From positions 653 to 64,652 of the forward strand of contig CAYLPS010000009.1 in the NCBI GenBank assembly GCA_964385625.1: 64,000 nucleotides of DNA, in the 5' to 3' direction. This document shows positions 1-8,478 of this stretch, piece by piece. The notes below the pieces were generated by a model. It ran no database searches and was not told the DNA's origin. It was given only the letters and a program-made list of their open reading frames with translations. The translations under genes and the position numbers were made by a program. Every line of letters starts with the position of its first letter. Within the stretch, counting starts at the first letter, position 1. This DNA comes from an uncultured Anaerolineaceae bacterium. GTDB taxonomy: Bacteria; Chloroflexota; Anaerolineae; Anaerolineales; UBA4823.

Positions 1-255
1 CGTGATTCGGTTCGGCTGGTACCCGCTTTTAATTCTCTTCCCTGGCCGTTGCAGGATTAGTATCACGTCTTGCCTTTGAACGTTCGCGGCTTGCTGACCG
101 GCTGCAAATGCGCGCAAATCCTGTACAGACATATTTTGTATATTGTCTGGTATCTCTTCGGAATATTCCTTGTAATGCTGGATTTCCGTTGTCGAATTCG
201 GCTTCATGGTTCCAATGGTTATTTGAGGTTTGATTTTTGGTTTTTCGTCTTTCAT
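1..255 (-). CDS. Hypothetical protein, running off the window start (MKDEKPKIKPQITIGTMKPNSTTEIQHY...); probably mobile-element cargo
   Basis: Read manually: ATG at 255, open to position 1, starting immediately after the stop of the 257-457 ORF. Not in the ORF track. Confidence 0.5.
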   Translation of the reverse strand, partial: MKDEKPKIKPQITIGTMKPNSTTEIQHYKEYSEEIPDNIQNMSVQDLRAFAAGQQAANVQRQDVILILQRPGKRIKSGYQPNRIT

Positions 256-256
256 T

Positions 257-457
257 TTATCGGATAACCTCTGTTCCCGGCGGATTCGGGTCTTTTGGTT
301 TGGCAATTTTCGTCATCTCATGGAGGGCGCCAACACCCAAAGTCTCCTTACAGATAACCATAGTTTCCAAAAAATGCAGCGCCTTGATTCGCTGTTCCGG
401 TGTAAGACTATCAAAAAACTTTCGCCATTCTCGCTCTCGCTTCTTATTCATCTTCAT
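257..457 (-). CDS. Small hypothetical protein (66 aa), mobile-element-like
   Basis: GGGAG RBS upstream; coupled to the next ORF; AT-richer than the flanking host genes. Confidence 0.5.
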   Translation of the reverse strand: MKMNKKREREWRKFFDSLTPEQRIKALHFLETMVICKETLGVGALHEMTKIAKPKDPNPPGTEVIR

Positions 458-666
458 ATGCTCCCATGGGTATTAAAATACCCCGAATGATCCGGGGTAT
501 TGGTATAATTACTGAAGCCTGATTCCGGTTTCCCCCGGTTGATGGTTAGGGCGGGTAAGTGTTGGCTTCACTTACCCCGTCCGCATTAAATTATACTACT
601 ACTCTTTTAATGTGCAGTTTATAGAATCCAGCTCGATATAATCAGACAGAATATAAATATTGTTTT

Positions 667-1266
667 GTGTCTCTGACCAAGGATACCGTCCCGGTGGATG
701 TGGATGCCGTCCTGTTCTGGCTGGTTTGGGATGCCCAAAAAGCTGCTCTAGAAGTGGCTGATTATCGTGTAGCGATCTCCTGGGCTGCGCAAACTGCTCT
801 ACGCGAGATCATCGGCCAGATGACCCTAGCCGATATCCTGGTAGGGCGGGCAGTGATGGATGCTGAGCTGCAAAAAATCATCGATGAGCGCACCACACCC
901 TGGGGCATCACCGTTCAGTCAGTTGAGATTCGCGATGTGGTCATCCCGCCCGACTTGGAAGACGCCATGAGCCGCCAGGCCCAGGCCGAGCGCGAGCGCC
1001 AGGCACGTGTGATCCTGGGTGAATCGGAACAGCAAATCTCCTCCAGCTTCGCCGAAGCTGCCAAGGCCTATTTCAATAATCCCACTGCGCTGCACCTGAG
1101 AGCGATGAACATGCTCTTCGAAGGCTTGAAGCAAAAGGGAGCATTGGTCATTGTCCCCAGCAGCGCCGTTGATACCATGAACCTGGGCAGCATGAGCGGG
1201 CTGGTGGCCCTGGGTTTTGAGCATACAGCCAAGGGTGACAAGCCAGCTACTCCCGAGAGCCATTAA
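667..1266 (+). pseudogene. 5'-truncated SPFH/stomatin (slipin) family gene
   Basis: LTKDTVPVDVDAVL...AQTALREIIG...WGITVQSVEIRDV...RQAQAERERQA are band-7 motifs. The N-terminal TM segment and domain start are missing and there is no RBS. Confidence 0.75.
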
Positions 1267-1459
1267 TCGCCAGGAAAGTATAAGAGATGATTATAGCTAT
1301 GCTGCCCGGGACGGGTATTCAACCAGCCTCGAACTCAGTCGGCAAAGCATTTCCAACCAACCGACCCAGCAAGATGATCCTCCGGTCTGAGACAGGCCGG
1401 GCATTAGATACTCGACCAGCGGTAGGAGCACCTGACCCGGCACCTGTATGATAAGCCCT

Positions 1460-1475
1460 TGTTTCACGTGAAACT
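1460..1475. other. parS site (15/16 match)
   Basis: TGTTTCACGTGAAACT versus consensus TGTTTCACGTGAAACA. Confidence 0.85.
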
Positions 1476-1508
1476 ATCTCCTAAGCTGGAAAAACTGCCC
1501 TTGAGACA

Positions 1509-1524
1509 TGTTTCACGTGAAACA
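1509..1524. other. parS site (perfect palindrome)
   Basis: TGTTTCACGTGAAACA. Confidence 0.92.
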
Positions 1525-1641
1525 CACACGCAATCAACAATATAAATAGATATTTTTATGTTTATTGTATGATATATTGCTATTTTTGGGGTTAATACAA
1601 TTCGCGTTTACCCTCCAGCCTTTTCTAAAACAGGGAGAAGA

Positions 1642-2643
1642 TTACACCCCGTTATTCCGCCCCCAGGTTTCCAGGAGTTCCTCAACCTGGTCAAGGTAGG
1701 CGTCTAGGGCGTCGATCCTCTCACCGAATGCCTCACCCAGCAGGCCCAGTTGCTCTCCTGCAGCTTGCCAAGCCAGCCGCTGCTCTGCCTGCGCCGGCAA
1801 AACACCTATGATGTGGGTCCAGGTGTGCCATAAGGGCCACAACACATCCTGGGGAGAGCGGCTTCCCAGCAAGGCTTGTATGGCACGTTCATAATAGAAA
1901 AGGCGATAACGGTGTAAGCGCATGGGCACTTGGTCGTCGCGCAGCGCCCCATAGGCAATCCTCCACTCTTCGAACCAGCCGTTCAGCTTAGCCATGTCCA
2001 TCGAGGCAGCGCCTAATAACCCCAAAAATCCGTTATACAATCCAGGCCTGCCCACCTCTTCGGCCACCTGGGGAAAATCCACCAAAAAGCGACGCTCGGT
2101 GAGGTTTCGCCCATTAATCCCGGCTATGGCATTGGCGGCGTGTTCCAGGGTACGCATATACAGCACCGCGTCCTTCGTTGCGGGAGGGTGCGGATCATCG
2201 TACAAAAAACGCCACATCTGGCGGGCATGCGTAGCCTGTTTTTGCACGCGGTTCATCACGTTGGAGGGGGTGTTGAACTGCCCGCGCACGCTGGCCTGCA
2301 CAAAATCCAGGAAGTGTTGTGGGTCGTGTAATATCTTGCACCCGTATACTGCCGGACCTAGCCAGGGATGCACGCGCAGTTCCCGCGGCTGCCTGTACAG
2401 CTGGTGAGAATGGTGGGAAATATCCAGGTGGACTTCATCTGAAATTCGCACAATCTCCCGCTCCACAGGCACTTCATCGCTGTGGATAAAAAACAGGTCG
2501 ATATCAGCAGTATTTCCAATCAGCGGCGATTCGCCCAAAAGCGACCCCTGCAGATAAATCGCCATGATCGTGCGATCTTCGGCAACGGATTTCTCGACCG
2601 CATCATGTGCCAGGCGAAGCAGCATCGCACGGTTTATGCGCAT
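1642..2643 (-). CDS. Hypothetical protein with an N-terminal Pol-beta-like nucleotidyltransferase motif
   Basis: AIYLQGS...ADIDL (hGS...DxD) followed by a helical C-terminal region. Confidence 0.55.
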   Translation of the reverse strand: MRINRAMLLRLAHDAVEKSVAEDRTIMAIYLQGSLLGESPLIGNTADIDLFFIHSDEVPVEREIVRISDEVHLDISHHSHQLYRQPRELRVHPWLGPAVYGCKILHDPQHFLDFVQASVRGQFNTPSNVMNRVQKQATHARQMWRFLYDDPHPPATKDAVLYMRTLEHAANAIAGINGRNLTERRFLVDFPQVAEEVGRPGLYNGFLGLLGAASMDMAKLNGWFEEWRIAYGALRDDQVPMRLHRYRLFYYERAIQALLGSRSPQDVLWPLWHTWTHIIGVLPAQAEQRLAWQAAGEQLGLLGEAFGERIDALDAYLDQVEELLETWGRNNGV

Positions 2644-2778
2644 GACAGCCTATCCAAATAATCACGCCATACTTGTCTGAACATTTCCTTCACCATTTCT
2701 CGTGCTTTCACCCCACAACATCCGGTATATATATAGGTTTTCATCAATATCAATGATACAACCAGCCGTCCTCGCCTT

Positions 2779-3438
2779 TCACATGCCATCATCGATCGGT
2801 AATGAGGCCTGGAAGGGCACCTGTTTCAGCGTCTGTCGTATGCTGTTTTCCACAAATTTTAAGTCCTCCACCCTGCGCACGTAATCCAATTCGTTAGTAT
2901 CCAATGTCAGCACGGCCACGCTTTCTCCGATGTTCCTGGCGCGGCTCTCTAAGAAAAATTCGTCGTAGGCATGGATCAGCTCTTGGATGTAATCGCGCTC
3001 CATGTTGCGCTCATAGGGCCGGTCACGCGAGGCGATGCGCTGCATCAGCACTTCCAGGTCTGCGCGTAGATACACAATGAGATTCGGTAGCGGAATTTTT
3101 TCTGCCAGGGCGTCATGCACGCGGTAATACATCTCCAGCTCGTCACCCGCCAGGTTGATGCGCGCAAATAAGGCGTCTTTCGTAAAGGTATAATCGGTGA
3201 TCAGCGATTCGCCGCGCTTGAGGATCTCAGGCACCGAGCGGCGTTGCTGGTAGTATCTGCTTAACAGGAAGAAAATCTGGGTTTGGAAGGCATATCGCTG
3301 CCGGTCGGAGTAGAAATCTGACAGGAAAGGGTTTTCCTCGAATACTTCCAGCACTATCTCAGATTGAAAAGCCGGCTGCAGCAGCCTCGCCAATGTGGTT
3401 TTCCCGACCCCAATGACTCCCTCGATGGCAATATACAT
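2779..3438 (-). CDS. Deoxynucleoside kinase
   Basis: IEGVIGVGKTT P-loop, EENPFL, QIFFL, RIASRDRPYE lid motif. Confidence 0.92.
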   Translation of the reverse strand: MYIAIEGVIGVGKTTLARLLQPAFQSEIVLEVFEENPFLSDFYSDRQRYAFQTQIFFLLSRYYQQRRSVPEILKRGESLITDYTFTKDALFARINLAGDELEMYYRVHDALAEKIPLPNLIVYLRADLEVLMQRIASRDRPYERNMERDYIQELIHAYDEFFLESRARNIGESVAVLTLDTNELDYVRRVEDLKFVENSIRQTLKQVPFQASLPIDDGM

Positions 3439-3443
3439 GTTTT

Positions 3444-4229
3444 TTAGAAGCCCTCTCCCGGCCGAAAAAATACACCTTGTAGGAAATTCAACAGGTTCTC
3501 AGCCACCGTCCGTGGTTGCTCAAGCATTACCATGTGCCCGGCTTCTGGCACCACCACCAGGCGCGCATTGGGTATTCCATTTACCAGGAATTGTGCGTAG
3601 CGCTGAGGGGTCATTTGATCCTCTGTGCCACATATCACCAAGGTTGGCTGCATAACACCTGCCACACGATCCATCATATCAAATTTGTTGCAGGCTTGCA
3701 AATCCCCGCTCAACACACTTTGGCGTGTTTCTAACATGCGCTTGGAGGCCAGCTCAACCAGCCGTCGCGGTGTATGTGGGCTGAAAGAATAGGACACCAA
3801 TAGCTCGGCAGCTTTTTCATAAGTGGTTGCATCAGCAGCAAAAGCCAGCATGCTGGGGTTGACCCTTAGCCGCGCGCCACTGCTGATCAATCCCAAGGCT
3901 ATGACCCGCTCAGGATGTTGGATGGCCATCGATAAGGCGATTGCGCCGCCCATAGAATGGCCCACCACAACGGCGCGGCGCAGGTGAATTACTTGCATCC
4001 AATCCAACAGGATATTGCTGTATTCGCCGATAATTTGGTGCCCATCGCGTTGTGACGATTTACCGTGCCCGGGTAAATCCAGTGCATAGACACAGTAACC
4101 GGGCAAGCGCCTAATTTCAGGTGGCCAATACAGCCGCGTGCCACCAGCGCCATGGATAAGGACTACTGGGGGGTTATCTGTGCCTTTTTCGCAATGCAGT
4201 GAATAATACAGATCACCTGAAACAGGCAT
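3444..4229 (-). CDS. Alpha/beta hydrolase
   Basis: HGAGG, DLPGHG, GHSMGG nucleophile elbow, catalytic D and GH. Confidence 0.9.
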   Translation of the reverse strand: MPVSGDLYYSLHCEKGTDNPPVVLIHGAGGTRLYWPPEIRRLPGYCVYALDLPGHGKSSQRDGHQIIGEYSNILLDWMQVIHLRRAVVVGHSMGGAIALSMAIQHPERVIALGLISSGARLRVNPSMLAFAADATTYEKAAELLVSYSFSPHTPRRLVELASKRMLETRQSVLSGDLQACNKFDMMDRVAGVMQPTLVICGTEDQMTPQRYAQFLVNGIPNARLVVVPEAGHMVMLEQPRTVAENLLNFLQGVFFRPGEGF

Positions 4230-4235
4230 ACAGGC

Positions 4236-5609
4236 TCACGTGCCCCTGCGCAAGCGTTCAGCCGCCTCAGCGTTCAGGGGGATGAGCACCTGGATGGTAG
4301 TCCCTTTGCCAATGACGGAATCCATGCGAAAAATACCGTTCACCATATCGGTGCGCTCGTTCATATTTTTCAAACCCAGGCTGCCACGCTGGTCGTAGGA
4401 AGACTCCACGCTGTTCTTGTCAAAGCCAACCCCATCATCCTGGACCTCCAACAGCACCAGGTCTGTATCATAATCCTTCATGCGCACCCAGATGTGGTTG
4501 GCCTGGGCGTATTTACATGCGTTGTTGATTGCTTCTTCAGCTATATAGAAGATAATGGTTTGCCGGCTCATTTCCAACTGAGAGACAATACCATCTTCTG
4601 CTTCCACGATCACATTCTGATTGTAAGTCTCATGGGTTTTTTCAGCCATGGCCTTTAATGCCCCAATCAAGCCCTGCGATTCGAGTTCCAACGGGCGTAG
4701 TGTGAACAACATGTGGCGAATTTCTTTGGTGGTTCGCCTTGCCAGCTCCTCAATCTTAAGCAGCTCATCGCCGGTGGCTTTCGGGTCTCGTTCTAACAAA
4801 CGGCGGGCAAAATTCAAGCGCATGGCAATGGCCGCCATGGATTGGGTAGGGCCATCGTGCAGGTCGCGAGCCAGCTTCTTATGTTCCTGTTGCTGGATCT
4901 CAATCATTTGTTCTTTTTCCCGCTGGATATCACTGTACAATCGGGCATTCTGTATGGCAATTACCGACTGGTGTGAAATGATGTCCAGTAGCTCGCACTT
5001 TGAAGGAGTAAAAAAATCCGGGTTGGTATGCGCAAAGATCATCACCCCGTAGGTCTCCAGCCCGGCCCTCAATGGCAGGCAGTGGGCAACCGAGCAATTG
5101 CGCAAGCCAACAAAACGGCTTAACTCGGAATCTTTGGCAGGGCTTGTGCTGGTCTTGGGTACGCCTTCGGAAATTGCCTGCCCCACCAGCCCGTTGATTC
5201 CCGGCAGAACGACACGTAAATCCGATTGGGGTAAATGCCGGGAAGCACCAACCGTCAATGCCGGTTGTTCGTACTCTGAATCGGAGAAAAGCAGCACCGC
5301 ACTCACCAGTTTCTCTGCCGGCACGTTGGGTGTGGCTAACACCCGTGCCCCCAGATCCAGGGCGATCTCCAACACATTCTGATATTTCAATGTCGAAGTC
5401 ACTTTTGAGATCAGGTTGTAGATTTCACGCAGCCTGCGATGGTCGATATCCCAGATGGGTTTACCGCTTGCGCTACCTGCATCCTGCCGTTTGAGCAAAC
5501 CACCCAGATTTAATGTTCCCAATGCGTTCAAGGCTGCCAGGCAAATGAGTATACCCAAAACAAAGGCTATAACACCTACGATAAGGGTACCCGTTGTGTT
5601 CATCGGCAA
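4236..5609 (-). CDS. GAF-domain sensor histidine kinase (HisKA_3/NarX-like)
   Basis: N-terminal TM, GAF, ARDLHDGPTQ H-box, EAINNACKY, DDGVGF, GLKNM. Confidence 0.9.
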   Translation of the reverse strand: MPMNTTGTLIVGVIAFVLGILICLAALNALGTLNLGGLLKRQDAGSASGKPIWDIDHRRLREIYNLISKVTSTLKYQNVLEIALDLGARVLATPNVPAEKLVSAVLLFSDSEYEQPALTVGASRHLPQSDLRVVLPGINGLVGQAISEGVPKTSTSPAKDSELSRFVGLRNCSVAHCLPLRAGLETYGVMIFAHTNPDFFTPSKCELLDIISHQSVIAIQNARLYSDIQREKEQMIEIQQQEHKKLARDLHDGPTQSMAAIAMRLNFARRLLERDPKATGDELLKIEELARRTTKEIRHMLFTLRPLELESQGLIGALKAMAEKTHETYNQNVIVEAEDGIVSQLEMSRQTIIFYIAEEAINNACKYAQANHIWVRMKDYDTDLVLLEVQDDGVGFDKNSVESSYDQRGSLGLKNMNERTDMVNGIFRMDSVIGKGTTIQVLIPLNAEAAERLRRGT

Positions 5610-5674
5610 TATGATAACCCAAAAAACCCGGCTTGGAAAGCATCTTATAACAGAATTTGCAAATCTGTAATTTA

Positions 5675-6274
5675 TTATGCCGAAAACAACGCCTGCAACA
5701 CCGGTAATGCAGCTTTTATTGCCCTTGCTCGGTGACTTAACTGGTTCTTTTCGTCCGTGGTGAGCTCGGCCATGGTTTTCCCAATCTCTGTGATCAAGAA
5801 AATGGGATCATATCCAAAACCATTGCTGCCGCGTTCCTGCGGAATAATTTCTCCCGGGCAGGCCCCCTGGGCATAATATAACTTGTTTTGCGGTGTTGCT
5901 ATGGCTACTGTGCACTGGAAGTGGGCTATCCATGGCTGGGGGTGGCCATTCAGCAATGCCAGCAAACGTGCGCGTCGGTCTGCATCCGTGGCGTGAGGCA
6001 GTGGAGAGAAACGGGCCGAGTGAACGCCGGGTGACCCTGCCAGGGCATCCACCTCCAGGCCAGAATCGTCCGCCAAGGTCACCAACCCGGAAGCCCGCGA
6101 GAACGCCAGCGCTTTTAATGCGGCGTTTTGCTCATAAGAGTCACCCTCCTCTGCCACGTTGAGGGAGATACCGAGCTCTCCCGGGGTCACCAGCCCGACC
6201 TTCACCTCAATGAGCAGGGCCTGTAGCTCAAGTAATTTCCCCCGGTTATGAGTGGCAATCAATAATTGCTGCAT
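5675..6274 (-). CDS. rdgB: Non-canonical purine NTP pyrophosphatase (RdgB/HAM1)
   Basis: ATHNRGKLLE, ADDSGLEVDAL, GFGYDPIF, SHRARA. Start placed at ATG 6274, which has a GGAGG RBS. Confidence 0.93.
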   Translation of the reverse strand: MQQLLIATHNRGKLLELQALLIEVKVGLVTPGELGISLNVAEEGDSYEQNAALKALAFSRASGLVTLADDSGLEVDALAGSPGVHSARFSPLPHATDADRRARLLALLNGHPQPWIAHFQCTVAIATPQNKLYYAQGACPGEIIPQERGSNGFGYDPIFLITEIGKTMAELTTDEKNQLSHRARAIKAALPVLQALFSA

Positions 6275-6313
6275 CTTCGCCTCCAAACCTTCGACTATCC
6301 GCACCATACCCAC

Positions 6314-6329
6314 ACACCATATGTGGTGA
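6314..6329. promoter_or_regulatory. NrdR-box-like palindrome upstream of rdgB
   Basis: ACACCATATGTGGTGA versus consensus acaCwAtATaTwGtgt. Confidence 0.45.
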
Positions 6330-6446
6330 ATTATGTCATAATTTTAACTCACCTATGGCAACAAAATATGTTATAATAATGAGGAAATATAATAAATTAC
6401 TTTGCGATTTTCTAACCGAATTTTATTGCAAAGCTTTGTAATCACA

Positions 6447-6959
6447 GTGTCTGACCCACATTCTCCATTGCGCCTGAATGTCGGCTTCGTAGTTGCTCAA
6501 TCAGCCGGCTTCAGCCGGGATTTTCCATTAGATCTCCCGCAAATTAATGTCCCGCCCGACCTGCACCTGACCAGTTTATCCGGTGCGGTAAGAGCGACGC
6601 GTACACCTCAGGGTATCCTGCTGCAGGTGGCATTCCAAACCAGCATCTCCCTTGAATGCGTACGCTGCCTGACCAGCTTTGACCAAGCACTCCATGTAGA
6701 TTTTACTGAATTGTATGCCTTTTCCCAGCGCTATGTGACCGATTCAGGCTTAATCATGCCAGAGACCGGGATTATCGACCTGGAGCCCTTGTTCAGGGAG
6801 TACATTCTGCTCGAGATTCCCATCAGCCCGCTTTGCCGTCCTGACTGCAAGGGCTTGTGCCCGATATGTGGCAACAACCTGAATGAGAGCACTTGTTATC
6901 ACGATGAAGAAACCGGAGATCCCCGATTAGCATCCTTAAAAGCATTATTGGATAAATAA
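6447..6959 (+). CDS. DUF177/YceD family metal-binding protein
   Basis: ECVRCL and LCRPDCKGLCPICG...DPRL motifs; likely GTG start at 6447. Confidence 0.88.
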   Translation: MSDPHSPLRLNVGFVVAQSAGFSRDFPLDLPQINVPPDLHLTSLSGAVRATRTPQGILLQVAFQTSISLECVRCLTSFDQALHVDFTELYAFSQRYVTDSGLIMPETGIIDLEPLFREYILLEIPISPLCRPDCKGLCPICGNNLNESTCYHDEETGDPRLASLKALLDK

Positions 6960-6984
6960 GCACACCCATCCAATCAGGAAGGTA

Positions 6985-8187
6985 ATGATGTTAAGTCCTC
7001 AATCGCAACCGCAGAAGTTAGAAGTACTTGACACCTTGCTTGAGAAAGCTGATTTACAAGGATACCTGACCACCGGCGATATCCTGGAAGTATTCCCGTG
7101 GGATGGTGAGGATGATGAACGCTTGCTGGAGTTATTTGGCTTGCTCCATCGACAGGGTATTGAGATTATCATTGAAGAAGAAAACGAGCCCGAGCCATAC
7201 TTTTCCAGGCAGGATGCTGCCACGGTTGAGTTCAACGCCTCCATGGAAACCGATCTGCTGCCCAACCTGGAGAGCATTTCCGCAGATGACAGCGTGGGGT
7301 TATATTTGAAGGAAATGTCGCGCGTACCCCTGCTCAGCCTCGATGAAGAGGTCAGCCTGGCGCAGAGAATCGAGCAAGCCAAGGATGCCAGGTACAGGCT
7401 CAATAAATTAAATAAGAAGGGCTCATCCAGACATCGCCAGCAGCTTGAAAATACCGTCCAGGATGGCATTCTGGCGCGTGAGCACCTGATTAAGGCAAAC
7501 ACCCGCCTGGTGGTGAGCGTGGCGAAAAAATACATTGGGCGAGGTGTGGCTTTTCTAGATTTAATTCAAGAAGGCAACCTGGGCTTGATGAAGGCTGTCT
7601 CAAAATTCGAGTATCAGCGTGGTTTCCGCTTCTCCACCTATGCCACCTGGTGGATCCGGCAAACCATCACCCGCTCCATCGCCGACCAAAGCCGCACAAT
7701 CCGTATCCCGGTTCACATGACCGACCGCTTGCGCATGATGTATAAGGCAGCCCATAAGTTGGAACAAAGGAATGGGCGCCCTCCCACCCAGGATGAATTA
7801 TGCCTCGAGATGGGGGTCGGGCAGGATAAGCTGCGCTGGATGCTCGAAGTGGCGCGCATCCCCGTCTCACTGGAGAGCCCCGTTGGCGATGAGGATGATT
7901 CCGAGCTGGGCATGTTCGTGGAAGATACCATTACCCCTTCACCAGCCCAAGCCACCTATGATAATTTGCTCCGCGAGAGAGTGGACCAGGTGCTTGGCAC
8001 CCTTTCGGCCCGTGAAGCTCGCATCATCCGCCTGCGTTTTGGATTGGAAAATGGGCACCCCTATACCCTGGAGGAAGTGGGCCACAAATTCGGGCTGACC
8101 CGCGAGCGCATCCGCCAAATCGAAGGTAAAGCCTTGCGCCGGCTGCGCCATCCATATCGAGCCAGGTTGTTGCGCGATTACTTGTAA
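6985..8187 (+). CDS. RpoD/SigA-family sigma-70 factor
   Basis: DSVGLYLKEM (1.2), DLIQEGNLGL, FSTYATWWIRQ (region 2), TRERIRQIE (4.2). Confidence 0.93.
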   Translation: MMLSPQSQPQKLEVLDTLLEKADLQGYLTTGDILEVFPWDGEDDERLLELFGLLHRQGIEIIIEEENEPEPYFSRQDAATVEFNASMETDLLPNLESISADDSVGLYLKEMSRVPLLSLDEEVSLAQRIEQAKDARYRLNKLNKKGSSRHRQQLENTVQDGILAREHLIKANTRLVVSVAKKYIGRGVAFLDLIQEGNLGLMKAVSKFEYQRGFRFSTYATWWIRQTITRSIADQSRTIRIPVHMTDRLRMMYKAAHKLEQRNGRPPTQDELCLEMGVGQDKLRWMLEVARIPVSLESPVGDEDDSELGMFVEDTITPSPAQATYDNLLRERVDQVLGTLSAREARIIRLRFGLENGHPYTLEEVGHKFGLTRERIRQIEGKALRRLRHPYRARLLRDYL

Positions 8188-8227
8188 TCTCCGCCGCTTT
8201 TTAGTTTGCACTGCAGGCTAAGAAATC

Positions 8228-8256
8228 TTGACAAAATTTTCTCATCCGTTTAGACT
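8228..8256 (+). promoter_or_regulatory. Sigma-70 promoter of the metG leader
   Basis: TTGACA(8228)-17 nt-TAGACT(8251). Confidence 0.8.
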
Positions 8257-8284
8257 TGCACATTAATCTGTAAGGTGGACTGTG

Positions 8285-8380
8285 ATGACTGGGTACGCTA
8301 TGAACGCTTTTTTTATGTCTATGGCCATGATGAGCCTGGTTCAACGCGCCCGGGCAGCCACCTGTGAGCAGATTAAATAA
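8285..8380 (+). CDS. Met-rich leader peptide MTGYAMNAFFMSMAMMSLVQRARAATCEQIK (31 aa)
   Basis: TAAGGTGG RBS at 8271; 6 ATG codons in the first 16; lies between the promoter and a terminator upstream of metG. Confidence 0.75.
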   Translation: MTGYAMNAFFMSMAMMSLVQRARAATCEQIK

Positions 8381-8398
8381 TCATGGTTCAGAAAACAT

Positions 8399-8429
8399 AA
8401 AGGGCTGCCCAAACTGGCAGCCCTTTTTT
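8399..8429 (+). terminator. Intrinsic terminator (attenuator) in the metG leader
   Basis: AAAGGGCTGCC-caaact-GGCAGCCCTTTTTT; its 5' arm GGCTGCCC is complementary to GGGCAGCC at 8352-8359. Confidence 0.85.
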
Positions 8430-8478
8430 ATGCAGGTTGCTGTGAAATTTATTCAGAATAATCGGAAAAGAGGCCAAA

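Noticed and set aside
593-604. TACTACTAC trio-like repeat
   Set aside because: No adjacent DnaA box; it lies in a promoter-like spacer.
6447-6984. rpmF expected after the DUF177 gene
   Set aside because: Only 25 nt separate it from the sigma gene, so no L32 ORF is present. A minor synteny difference.
8271-8284. TAAGGTGGACTGTG resembling a T-box (GGTGGNACCGCG) in the metG leader
   Set aside because: It lies at the very 5' end of the predicted transcript, with no room for stem I and far from the terminator. It is better explained as the leader-peptide RBS.
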